Below, piece by piece: positions 20,135-27,514 of a stretch of 38,270 nt of DNA. The DNA lies in NCBI GenBank assembly GCA_031550915.1, contig JAVBOF010000047.1:1-38270 (forward strand), in the 5' to 3' direction. Source of the DNA: Eubacteriales bacterium. GTDB taxonomy: Bacteria > Bacillota > Clostridia > Christensenellales > MGBC116941. The notes below the pieces were generated by a model. The model was not told the origin of the DNA. It worked only from the letters and a program-made list of their open reading frames with translations, and made no database searches. A program made the translations under genes and the position numbers. Position 1 is the stretch's first letter; each line of letters opens with the position of its first letter.

Positions 20135-21679
20135 ATGAAGAAGTTATCGGCTTTGATAATAATGGATGGATTCGGCATCCCTAAACCGGGAAGTATCAAC
20201 GCGATGTCCGGCGCGCATATAAAATATATCGAGGAACTTAAGCGGAAATATCCGAATACACAGATAAATGCAAGCGGCAGGGACGTAGGATTACCAGATG
20301 GGCAGATGGGCAACAGTGAAGTGGGACATCTTAATATCGGAGCAGGCAGGATCGTATATCAGGAATTGACCCGGATCACAAAGGATATTGAGGATGGAGG
20401 CTTTTTTAAGAACTCTTGCTTTTTGGATGCCATGAAAAACGCAAAGGATAAGGGCAGTAAACTGCATCTTATCGGACTTCTGTCTGATGGCGGCGTGCAC
20501 AGCCATATTGAGCATGTTTTTGCCCTCTTGCGGATGGCTAAACAGAACGGTCTCAAAAACGCATACGTCCATTGCCTTACGGACGGCAGGGATGTGCCGC
20601 CTACCAGCGGAAGGGACTATATAACGCAGATGCAGGACTATATGGATGAGATTGGGTTTGGAAGCATTGCGACTATAATTGGCAGATATTATGCAATGGA
20701 CAGGGATAACCGGTGGGAGCGGGTTCGTCGCGCGTACGGAGCGATGGTTGAAGGCAAAGGGGATCTTTCCGATGATTTGATAGAAGCGGTAAATGAATCA
20801 TATGCCAACGACGTTTCCGATGAATTTATATTGCCGATTATTGCCGCCAAGGGTGGGAAGCCCGTAACAAAGATTGAAGCAAATGACAGCGTTATTTTCT
20901 TCAACTTCCGTCCTGATAGGGCAAGGGAGATAACACGGGCTTTTATTGATAAAGACTTTGATAGCTTCGAGCGGGCTAACGGATTTTTCCCGCTGCATTA
21001 CGTCTGCATGACCCAATATGATAAAACATTTAAAAATTGCAGCGTTGCGTATAAACCAGAGACGCTTAAGAATACCTTTGGTGAGTATTTAAGTAAGCTT
21101 GGAAAGACTCAACTGCGTATCGCAGAGACCGAGAAATACGCACATGTAACTTTTTTCTTCAATGGCGGGGTAGAGCAGCCCAACGAAGGCGAGGAAAGGG
21201 TGTTAATCCCGTCGCCAAAGGTGGCTACGTATGATCTGAAGCCGGAAATGAGTGCATATGAGGTTACGGACGAGGCCGTGAAAAGGATAGAATCGGGTAA
21301 ATACGACGTGATGATCCTAAACTTTGCAAACCCGGATATGGTAGGTCATACAGGGGTGCTGAAGGCGGCGACCATGGCGGTACATGTTGTTGACGAATGC
21401 GTTGGCAAAGTCGTTGATACCATATTGAAAAACGGAGGCAAGGCTATTGTCACAGCGGATCACGGCAATGCGGACCAAATGGTCGATGAGGATACGCATG
21501 TGCAATTTACCGCGCATACAACCAATCCTGTGCCTTTCATTTTGGTGGATGATGCGTTTGCCGGAGCCAAACTTCGCGAAAACGGTAGGCTTGCCGATGT
21601 TGTACCTACGCTACTTGATATGATGCATATAGAAAAGCCGAAAGAGATGGAAGGCTCCTCTTTGATCGTTCACCAATAG
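20135..21679 (+). CDS. gpmI: 2,3-bisphosphoglycerate-independent phosphoglycerate mutase
   Basis: 514 aa. Motifs LIIMDGFG, MGNSEVGHLNIGAGR (catalytic Ser) and ADHGNAD. Confidence 0.96.
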   Translation: MKKLSALIIMDGFGIPKPGSINAMSGAHIKYIEELKRKYPNTQINASGRDVGLPDGQMGNSEVGHLNIGAGRIVYQELTRITKDIEDGGFFKNSCFLDAMKNAKDKGSKLHLIGLLSDGGVHSHIEHVFALLRMAKQNGLKNAYVHCLTDGRDVPPTSGRDYITQMQDYMDEIGFGSIATIIGRYYAMDRDNRWERVRRAYGAMVEGKGDLSDDLIEAVNESYANDVSDEFILPIIAAKGGKPVTKIEANDSVIFFNFRPDRAREITRAFIDKDFDSFERANGFFPLHYVCMTQYDKTFKNCSVAYKPETLKNTFGEYLSKLGKTQLRIAETEKYAHVTFFFNGGVEQPNEGEERVLIPSPKVATYDLKPEMSAYEVTDEAVKRIESGKYDVMILNFANPDMVGHTGVLKAATMAVHVVDECVGKVVDTILKNGGKAIVTADHGNADQMVDEDTHVQFTAHTTNPVPFILVDDAFAGAKLRENGRLADVVPTLLDMMHIEKPKEMEGSSLIVHQ

Positions 21680-21711
21680 TATTTAGGGCGAGGAATTTGG
21701 TTTGAATATTT

Positions 21712-21976
21712 TGTCGAAAAAAAGAAAAATTAATCGACAATAGTAAAATGAATATTTGGGTCAATAAATATTGATATTATTAGAATTAGGATATATGTTT
21801 TTTGCAACAGCCGGCGCTTCTTAGAAGTGCCGGTCATCTGTTTGTTTACATAGTTTGCCAGCATCCACGGTAAAGAAATAGCATTATATATGCTTCCCTT
21901 ATCATCACTATTTGTGAAGAAATACCATAATAACAGACAAGAAAAATATGAACATATGTCGATTGACATTGTCGAT
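21712..21976. promoter_or_regulatory. Cluster of four Spo0A-box-like heptamers in an AT-rich non-coding gap
   Basis: Four heptamers read directly from the sequence: TGTCGAA at 21712-21718 (+, perfect 0A box), TGTCGAT at 21733-21739 (-), TGTCGAT at 21957-21963 (+) and TGTCGAT at 21970-21976 (+). The first two form an inverted repeat separated by an A-rich spacer. The last two are direct repeats 13 nt apart. Confidence 0.35.
21811..21833 (+). terminator. Candidate terminator hairpin downstream of gpmI
   Basis: ccggcgcttc-tta-gaagtgccgg forms a 10-bp stem including one G-U pair. It is followed by tcatctgtttgttt, an interrupted T tract. Confidence 0.35.
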
Positions 21977-22024
21977 TTCTGCAGAAAAGCCACATATAAT
22001 GCGATTTTCGGCGAATGGGTGGTA

Positions 22025-22052
22025 TTCACAAATTGTAGAATGCTGGTATAAT
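22025..22052 (+). promoter_or_regulatory. Candidate sigma-A promoter with extended -10 for the AraC-family gene
   Basis: TTCACA, a 16-nt spacer, then TGgTATAAT (22044-22052). It lies ~45 nt upstream of the proposed TTG start. Confidence 0.45.
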
Positions 22053-22095
22053 CAAACTATTAAGAACCAATTGGTTTTGTTTGAGGAGGATTATT

Positions 22096-22896
22096 TTGCT
22101 GAAAGAACCTTGTGAAATAATCTGGGCGAAACGCATTTTATATCGCGAAAAGTGGTGCACCGAAAGCCATAAACATAATTGTTTCCATATGATTAGTGTG
22201 TTATCTGGGAACTGTAGTTTTAGTATAAACAATATGGCGTTTAACCTGTCAGAAGGTGATATCTTCATTGCACGGCCCGGAAGGATGCATGGAGTTTTGG
22301 AGCTGGAAAAACCAGCGGAATTGTTTGAGATAAAGTTTAAAGTCGATGAACCAGACGCGTTGAATGAGCTTGAGCACCTGCCTCCAGTAATAAGCCTCAG
22401 CAATGATATATTAAAATCCATTTTTGATAGCATCCAGCGCTATTACGACGAGGCAAGCTTCGGTTATAAATGGATGATGAACGTTAAACTGAGCAGCCTG
22501 TTGAATGAGCTGATAAAAATGTTTGATTGTGATATCGATTCGCAGGATGAAGAGAAAGGCGGGCGGTCCAGGATGGTCGCTCAGATCGAAGAGTATATCG
22601 AGAAAAACTTTGCGGATGAACTAAGTTTGGAAAATATTGCAAGGGCGCTCGGATATAACAAGAATTATATACTCGGGGTTTTTAAAAAGGAAATTGGAGA
22701 TACGATCTCCAACTATATTTATGAATACAGGATAAAGCAATCAAAGGAGCTTTTACGTAACGCGGATTTGAGTATTGAGCAGGTCAGCCTGCTAACGGGC
22801 TTCAAGAGTGTACATCATTTTTATAGGATATTCAAAAAACACAGCGGGATACCACCCGGACAATATGTAAAAGCGAATCGAGACATTCAGGCATAA
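22096..22896 (+). CDS. AraC-family transcriptional regulator (cupin-like sensor + AraC HTH)
   Basis: ORF 22081..22896. The TTG at 22096 is preferred because GGAGG at 22085-22089 lies 6 nt upstream. The N-terminal half is cupin-like (FHMISVLSGNCSFSINN...GDIFIARPG). The C-terminal half has the AraC HTH (LSLENIARALGYNKNY...IEQVSLLTGFKSVHHFYRIFKKHSGIPPGQY). Confidence 0.88.
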   Translation: MLKEPCEIIWAKRILYREKWCTESHKHNCFHMISVLSGNCSFSINNMAFNLSEGDIFIARPGRMHGVLELEKPAELFEIKFKVDEPDALNELEHLPPVISLSNDILKSIFDSIQRYYDEASFGYKWMMNVKLSSLLNELIKMFDCDIDSQDEEKGGRSRMVAQIEEYIEKNFADELSLENIARALGYNKNYILGVFKKEIGDTISNYIYEYRIKQSKELLRNADLSIEQVSLLTGFKSVHHFYRIFKKHSGIPPGQYVKANRDIQA

Positions 22897-22904
22897 ACAA
22901 AAGC

Positions 22905-22927
22905 CCGTGTTTTACGTGAAAGCACGG
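22905..22927. terminator. Candidate bidirectional terminator between the AraC gene and the small minus-strand ORF
   Basis: ccgtgtttt-acgtg-aaagcacgg forms a 9-bp stem with one G-U pair. The minus-strand tail is cuuuuguuu and the plus-strand tail is accuuug. Confidence 0.45.
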
Positions 22928-22947
22928 ACCTTTGTATGTGCCCGTTT

Positions 22948-23265
22948 TTATCCCATCATAGAGTTACCGCAGGGGTTACATGTATGGAGACATTCTTCTA
23001 ATGCGCCAATATTGAAGACCGGTATGTTTAATACGGTATTTGCACTGGGGCTGTATGCCCGTAAAAAATCGCGCGCGATGTCCAAAAGGAACGCGTCGAT
23101 CGAGGCTCCGTTCAATAGAGTTATGCGCACATGCCTGTTACGTAATGTACCAAGATGAAATAAAAAACTTAAACCGTGTACCCCGGATGAAAATGGCGAA
23201 ACGCGCGGCCCTGCCAAGGAGTTGTTGCACATCCCGGGACTCGTGAGATTATCATTGCAGCACAT
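22948..23265 (-). CDS. Small Cys-rich hypothetical protein (105 aa from internal ATG); coding status uncertain
   Basis: ORF 22948..23316 has a TTG start without an SD. The internal ATG at 23265 has GAAAGGA 9 nt upstream and gives MCCNDNLTSPGMCNN...HVRITLLNGASIDAFLLDIARDFLRAYSPSANTVLNIPVFNIGALEECLHTCNPCGNSMMG. The middle resembles a small beta-rich (Sm-like) pattern. It is convergent with the AraC gene, with a hairpin between them. I cannot place it in any family. Confidence 0.4.
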   Translation of the reverse strand: MCCNDNLTSPGMCNNSLAGPRVSPFSSGVHGLSFLFHLGTLRNRHVRITLLNGASIDAFLLDIARDFLRAYSPSANTVLNIPVFNIGALEECLHTCNPCGNSMMG

Positions 23266-23353
23266 ATTTTCATGTCCTTTCAAATTATCATTCTGCGATA
23301 TATATATGTATGGCAATATCGTTATGCTACAAAAAAATATAAAAAATAGCGCA

Positions 23354-23382
23354 TTGATAAAACGGATAATTTTTAATATAAT
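23354..23382 (+). promoter_or_regulatory. Near-consensus sigma-A promoter for ybaB-recR
   Basis: TTGATA (23354-23359), exactly 17 nt, then TATAAT (23377-23382). It lies 50 nt upstream of the ybaB ATG, which has an AAAGGAGG RBS. Confidence 0.65.
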
Positions 23383-23431
23383 CGCAATATACTATACGGA
23401 ATGTCAAGATTTAAAAGGAGGTTTATGATAT

Positions 23432-23776
23432 ATGGCGAGGCGGGGCGGTTTCCCTGGTATGGGCGGAGGAAATATGCAATCTATGATCCAGCAGGCGCAA
23501 AGGATGCAGCAGGAGATGGGTAAAGTTCAACAAGCCATCGAGGAAATGGAGACGGAAGCAAGTGCCGGTGGCGGGGTCGTCAAGGTAATTGTAAGCGGCA
23601 AAAAAGAGCTTAAGTCAATTGAGATACAGCCTGAAGCGGTTGATCCGGACGATGTTGAAATGTTGCAGGACCTTATTCTGTCGGCTGCCAACGAAGCGCT
23701 TAGGAATATGGAAGAACTGAGCCAGAAGGAAATGTCTAAGGTGACCGGCGGGATGAACCTTGGAGGACTGTTTTAA
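23432..23776 (+). CDS. ybaB: YbaB/EbfC-family nucleoid-associated protein
   Basis: 114 aa. Typical [15 protein letters not shown]... coiled N-terminus and ...[19 protein letters not shown] core. Directly followed by recR. Confidence 0.93.
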   Translation: MARRGGFPGMGGGNMQSMIQQAQRMQQEMGKVQQAIEEMETEASAGGGVVKVIVSGKKELKSIEIQPEAVDPDDVEMLQDLILSAANEALRNMEELSQKEMSKVTGGMNLGGLF

Positions 23777-24373
23777 TTGGACTATATAGCGGAACCTATA
23801 GCCAGGCTGATAAACCAGCTTGGAAGGTTGCCGGGCGTAGGCGGAAAAACTGCCCAAAGGCTGGCATATCATATCATTGCTATGGAAGAGCAGGATGTTA
23901 GGGAGCTTGCCGAAGCGATTTTCCTTGCCAAGAAAAAAACCACCTTATGCGAAACATGCCTCAATGTTACTGACAAAACACCTTGTAATATATGTACTGA
24001 CAGCCGCAGGGATAGAAGGACGATCTGCGTTGTGGGCACGCCCAAGGATGTATTAGCGATTGAAAAATTACGTGAATATAAGGGTCTTTACCATGTTTTG
24101 CATGGCTCTATATCTCCGATGGACGGTATTGGACCGGATGAATTGAAGATAAAGGAGCTTTTGAAAAGGCTGGATAATGATATACAGGAGATAATCATCG
24201 CAACAAACACAGACGTTGAAGGCGAGGCCACAGCTACCTATATATCAAGGCTGATAAAACCGATGGGGGTAAAGGTATCCCGGATAGCCCATGGTGTGCC
24301 CATTGGAGGGAATCTGGAATACACCGATGAAATAACTCTTATCAAAGCCATTGAGGGCAGGAGAGAAATGTAG
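23777..24373 (+). CDS. recR: Recombination protein RecR
   Basis: 198 aa. The TTG start abuts the ybaB stop. HhH motif [13 protein letters not shown], a C4 zinc finger ([16 protein letters not shown]) and a Toprim region ([12 protein letters not shown]). Confidence 0.96.
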   Translation: MDYIAEPIARLINQLGRLPGVGGKTAQRLAYHIIAMEEQDVRELAEAIFLAKKKTTLCETCLNVTDKTPCNICTDSRRDRRTICVVGTPKDVLAIEKLREYKGLYHVLHGSISPMDGIGPDELKIKELLKRLDNDIQEIIIATNTDVEGEATATYISRLIKPMGVKVSRIAHGVPIGGNLEYTDEITLIKAIEGRREM

Positions 24374-24417
24374 GAAACGGGGCGGAGCCATCTGCATCGT
24401 CAATATATTTAGTGAGC

Positions 24418-25557
24418 CTATGTCATCGGCTTTGAAATATACTTTGCACATAAGGCCGCTCCAATAAGTCCGAAAGCTCCGATAATAACAAAGGACGCTG
24501 ATAAGCCGAAGCTGTGCCCTACAAAGCCTGCCAAAACGGGACCGGCTAATATGCCAAAAGCATAGGTCGCTTGATAGAACCCTATGGCGCTGGATTTCTT
24601 TTCCGGCGCTATTTTTGATGCACAGAAGCTTAGGGCGGTAGTAAGCAGAACACCTCTGGACCATCCGTTTACAATTTGAGTGACATATACCGCGAGTATG
24701 CTCTGGCATAGGGGCAGCGCTAACGCAGATAAAGCGCAAAGCAGAATCGAATGCAGTAAAAAGCCTTTCTCGTGCCGCTTGCGCGCTATAACATATGAAG
24801 CGGCAAGTGAGCCGATCAAGGATGTCAGAGCAAAGCACGTTGCAACCAGCCCGGGGTCGCGTGCACTGTCTTTCATGGTTTTAAGGATATCCGGAACAAA
24901 GCCGTAAACAGTTGAAAAAGCGACCATCTGCAAAATAAAAGCCAGCAGAGAAAGTAAAAGCAGCTGCCTGTCCTTAACGACTAAAAAGAGTTCTTTGAAC
25001 CTTGGAGTATCCTTGAAAACCTTCTCTTCTTTTATTGTTAGAACAAGTACAATGCATAACGCACTGGTTACGACCGAAAGCATGAACGGAAACCGGATGT
25101 TTATTGACCTTGAAAGGATGTCGCCGCAAAAAGTAGCCAAGAGCTGGCCTGTGTAGGTCAAAGCGCTGGCATAACTGAGCATCACTTTATTGTTGCTACC
25201 CTGGTTGCCGACCATAGCCGAAAGATTTACCCATACGGATGCTGATACGCCGGAGAGGCTGCGGAAGCATAGAAACCAGCCAGGCATGGGCAAAAGATAC
25301 ATTCCAAGGGACGCCAATAAACATACAAGCATACCACCGGCAACGAAAGGCTTTTGCCTGCCTGCCTTGCCACCGAGCATTCCGAGCGGCATGCGGAGCA
25401 TGAACTGCGTAAGGCCATAGGAACCAAGAATAACGCCGATAAATGCCAGGCTTGCGCCCATCGTATGCAAATATGGTTCAAATACCGGCATATAGGTATA
25501 TTGTGAAAACCAGAATAATCCGGCTAACAAACAGGATAGGACTGCGTTTCTCTTAAT
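24418..25557 (-). CDS. MFS transporter (substrate unknown); start apparently ATT
   Basis: The ORF track starts at TTG 25530 (MLAGLFWF...). The frame stays open 9 more codons, back to a TAA at 25558-25560. ATT at 25557-25555 follows that stop immediately, with GGAGG (25570-25566) exactly 8 nt upstream, giving (M)KRNAVLSCLLAGLFWF. A TATAAT box (rc of 25585-25590) lies just upstream. The protein is highly hydrophobic and multi-TM, with an MFS motif-A-like loop PLGMLGGKAGRQK. Confidence 0.8.
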   Translation of the reverse strand: MKRNAVLSCLLAGLFWFSQYTYMPVFEPYLHTMGASLAFIGVILGSYGLTQFMLRMPLGMLGGKAGRQKPFVAGGMLVCLLASLGMYLLPMPGWFLCFRSLSGVSASVWVNLSAMVGNQGSNNKVMLSYASALTYTGQLLATFCGDILSRSINIRFPFMLSVVTSALCIVLVLTIKEEKVFKDTPRFKELFLVVKDRQLLLLSLLAFILQMVAFSTVYGFVPDILKTMKDSARDPGLVATCFALTSLIGSLAASYVIARKRHEKGFLLHSILLCALSALALPLCQSILAVYVTQIVNGWSRGVLLTTALSFCASKIAPEKKSSAIGFYQATYAFGILAGPVLAGFVGHSFGLSASFVIIGAFGLIGAALCAKYISKPMT

Positions 25558-25691
25558 TTAGATCACCTCCGCGCAAATAATATGATTATAAGTGCTATGC
25601 GGTAAGAACACAAATAAGGATATTACTGGAATTGTAATCAAGCGTTAAATTAAGCGTAATAAAATTAACACATAATTAATATATTTTACGC

Positions 25692-25730
25692 CGAGAAAAC
25701 GCGAGAAAATAGGCGAAAAACATCGATAAA
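25692..25730. repeat. Four helically phased CGA(G/-)AAAA A-tract repeats upstream of a -35 box
   Basis: cgagaaaa at 25692-25699, cgagaaaa at 25702-25709, cgaaaaa at 25714-25720 and cgataaa at 25724-25730. The A-tract ends are spaced 10, 11 and 10 nt apart. The block ends 17 nt upstream of the TTGACA at 25747. Confidence 0.6.
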
Positions 25731-25746
25731 CCGGAGTATTTGGGCT

Positions 25747-25774
25747 TTGACATCAGAATAGCATGTGATATACT
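25747..25774 (+). promoter_or_regulatory. Strong sigma-A-type promoter with extended -10 (first SH3b/PG-binding gene)
   Basis: TTGACA (25747-25752), 16 nt, then TGaTATACT (25766-25774). It lies ~45 nt upstream of the ATG at 25818. Confidence 0.65.
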
Positions 25775-25817
25775 GGAAAAGGCAAGATATATTGCACACG
25801 GTTGGAGGAAACCAAAG

Positions 25818-27263
25818 ATGAAGAAATTTAATAAGTATGTCAAAATAGTTTCAATTATTGCGGTGTTTACGTTATGCGCATCGTATGTGCCGTCGATTTC
25901 ATTTGCGGCATCTTCTAAAGGCACTGTAACATCCAATGGTGTGAATCTCAGAGAAAAAGCTTCGACCGGTTCAAAGATAATAAAAAAATTGAACAACGGT
26001 ACTAAAATAACGGTACACAGCACCTATAAAGGCTGGTGCTATGTGACTGCCGATGGTCGTTCCGGATTTATAAGCGCGGAATATGTAAAGACATCATCGT
26101 CAAGTTCATCCGACAGTTCCGATTCTTCTTCAAGCTCCAGCAGCGGTGGGGACGGCACTGTGACGGCAAGCGGGGTGAACCTTCGCAAATCAGCTAATAC
26201 ATCCGGCACCGTCCTCAAAAAACTGTCGAAAGGCACATCCATTGAAATATACAGCAAGTCTAACGGCTGGTATTATGTAAAGGCCGGAGGGACAAAGGGC
26301 TATATCTCGGGAAGCTATGTTAAAGTAAGCAGCTCGTATTCGTCTTCGGGTGACGAGGACGCAACGGTCGATAAGATAACGACACATACCACTTTGAAAA
26401 TGGGTATGCGGGGAGACGCGGTAATGCAGATGCAGAAGGCGCTGAAATCCAAGGGCTATTTCAAAGGTAGCGCGACGGGATACTATGGATCCGCTACGCG
26501 GGACAGCGTTAAGTCTTACCAAAAGAAGGTCGGATACAAAGCAGACGGTATTGCGGGAACTAAAACCCTGAACAAACTGTTCAGCAACAGTTCGGGTCCG
26601 AACGCCGACGGATCGACTCCGAAACCTACTTCTACGCCAAGCGGTGAAAGTGTGAAACCTACCGAAACGGAAAACAAAGCTCCGGCAGCTCCTCCCAAGA
26701 ATGGGAACGTTGAATTGCTTGATTGGTTTAAGGGCGGCAACGAACTGTTTAAGAAATATACAGTATATAAAGTTATAGATGTGCGCACGAGCATTTCCTA
26801 TAATGTAAGAAGGTTTGGCGGCTGGTATCACGCGGATATCGAACCGGTAACAAAGGATGATACAGCCAAGATGCTCGAATCATTTGGCGGCGCATGGTCC
26901 GCTGGAAAACGCAGGCCATTGTGGATATTTATCGGAGACAGAATAATTGCAGGCTCTATAATGGGGACCCCGCATGGAGTCGATACATTACCGAACAACG
27001 GCATGAAAGGCCAGGTTTGTATACATCTATTGAACAGCAAAATCCACGAAAATAATAAAGTGGATTCCGGACATCAGGCAGCCATAAAAGAGGCGTATAA
27101 CGCTGGAAAGAAAGCTCCGGATCCGAATGCGACCGAATCGCCGACGACGACACCGTCAGCGGCTCAAACAGCAGCGCCCTCAGCTACGCCGGCCGCAACC
27201 CCGGCAGCAACGCCCACCTCCGCGCCAACTGTGCCCGCTGCCAGCTCTACGCCGGTCGGATGA
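25818..27263 (+). CDS. Secreted cell-wall protein: signal peptide, 2 SH3b-like repeats, PG_binding_1-like domain, unassigned C-terminal His/Cys domain, Pro/Thr/Ala-rich tail
   Basis: ORF 25740..27263. The ATG at 25818 has GGAGGA 8 nt upstream and gives MKKFNKYVKIVSIIAVFTLCASYVPSISFA|ASS. SH3b-like repeats are GVNLREKAS...GWCYVTADGRSGFISAEYV and GVNLRKSAN...GWYYVKAGGTKGYISGSYV. The PG-binding helices are GDAVMQMQKALKSKGYF...DGIAGTKTLNKLF. The C-terminal module runs VELLDWFKGG...RRFGGWYHADIEPVTKDDTA...GTPHGVD...GQVCIHLLNSKIH...GHQAAI. Confidence 0.85.
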   Translation: MKKFNKYVKIVSIIAVFTLCASYVPSISFAASSKGTVTSNGVNLREKASTGSKIIKKLNNGTKITVHSTYKGWCYVTADGRSGFISAEYVKTSSSSSSDSSDSSSSSSSGGDGTVTASGVNLRKSANTSGTVLKKLSKGTSIEIYSKSNGWYYVKAGGTKGYISGSYVKVSSSYSSSGDEDATVDKITTHTTLKMGMRGDAVMQMQKALKSKGYFKGSATGYYGSATRDSVKSYQKKVGYKADGIAGTKTLNKLFSNSSGPNADGSTPKPTSTPSGESVKPTETENKAPAAPPKNGNVELLDWFKGGNELFKKYTVYKVIDVRTSISYNVRRFGGWYHADIEPVTKDDTAKMLESFGGAWSAGKRRPLWIFIGDRIIAGSIMGTPHGVDTLPNNGMKGQVCIHLLNSKIHENNKVDSGHQAAIKEAYNAGKKAPDPNATESPTTTPSAAQTAAPSATPAATPAATPTSAPTVPAASSTPVG

Positions 27264-27281
27264 TTTGATTGTATCGATATT

Positions 27282-27316
27282 TGCCCGCTATCCAAATAGA
27301 TGGCGGGCATTTTTTG
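27282..27316 (+). terminator. Rho-independent terminator of the first SH3b/PG-binding gene
   Basis: Stem tgcccgc / gcgggca with a 14-nt loop, followed by TTTTTTG. Confidence 0.75.
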
Positions 27317-27412
27317 TGGCGAAGTACCTAGATCGGAATAAATGTTTCAAAAAGTTACAAAATATATTATGTATGAAAGTTAGTTAAATAGGGAATTTAT
27401 GCATATAGGGTG

Positions 27413-27441
27413 TTGACAAATCCAATAAAAAATGATTTAAT
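27413..27441 (+). promoter_or_regulatory. Sigma-A-type promoter with extended -10 (second SH3b/PG-binding gene)
   Basis: TTGACA (27413-27418), 17 nt, then TTTAAT (27436-27441) preceded by TGa. Confidence 0.6.
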
Positions 27442-27514
27442 TTAATGGAAATGTAACATATTCGAAATATTTAGTAATATTAGCGAAACAAAGAATGCAT
27501 GATAGGTGATATTG

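Noticed and set aside
21730-22029. 99-codon minus-strand ORF filling the AT-rich gap
   Set aside because: It has a GTG start with no SD. It spans a strong hairpin and the Spo0A-box-like repeats, and its composition (I/L/F/K/N-rich) is what AT-rich non-coding DNA produces. I treat the region as non-coding and regulatory, without certainty.
22026-22433. 135-codon minus-strand ORF
   Set aside because: It is antisense to the AraC-family gene's N-terminal domain and has no RBS. The AraC reading is supported by its C-terminal HTH motifs.
25676-26023. 115-codon minus-strand ORF across the promoter and start of the first cell-wall gene
   Set aside because: It overlaps the signal-peptide region and the promoter and A-tract array, and has no RBS. 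It is very likely spurious.
26090-26160. Repetitive tca/tcc/agc DNA that might look like a tandem repeat or array
   Set aside because: It is in frame within the cell-wall protein and encodes a poly-Ser/Asp linker. It is low-complexity coding sequence, not a CRISPR array or VNTR with spacers.
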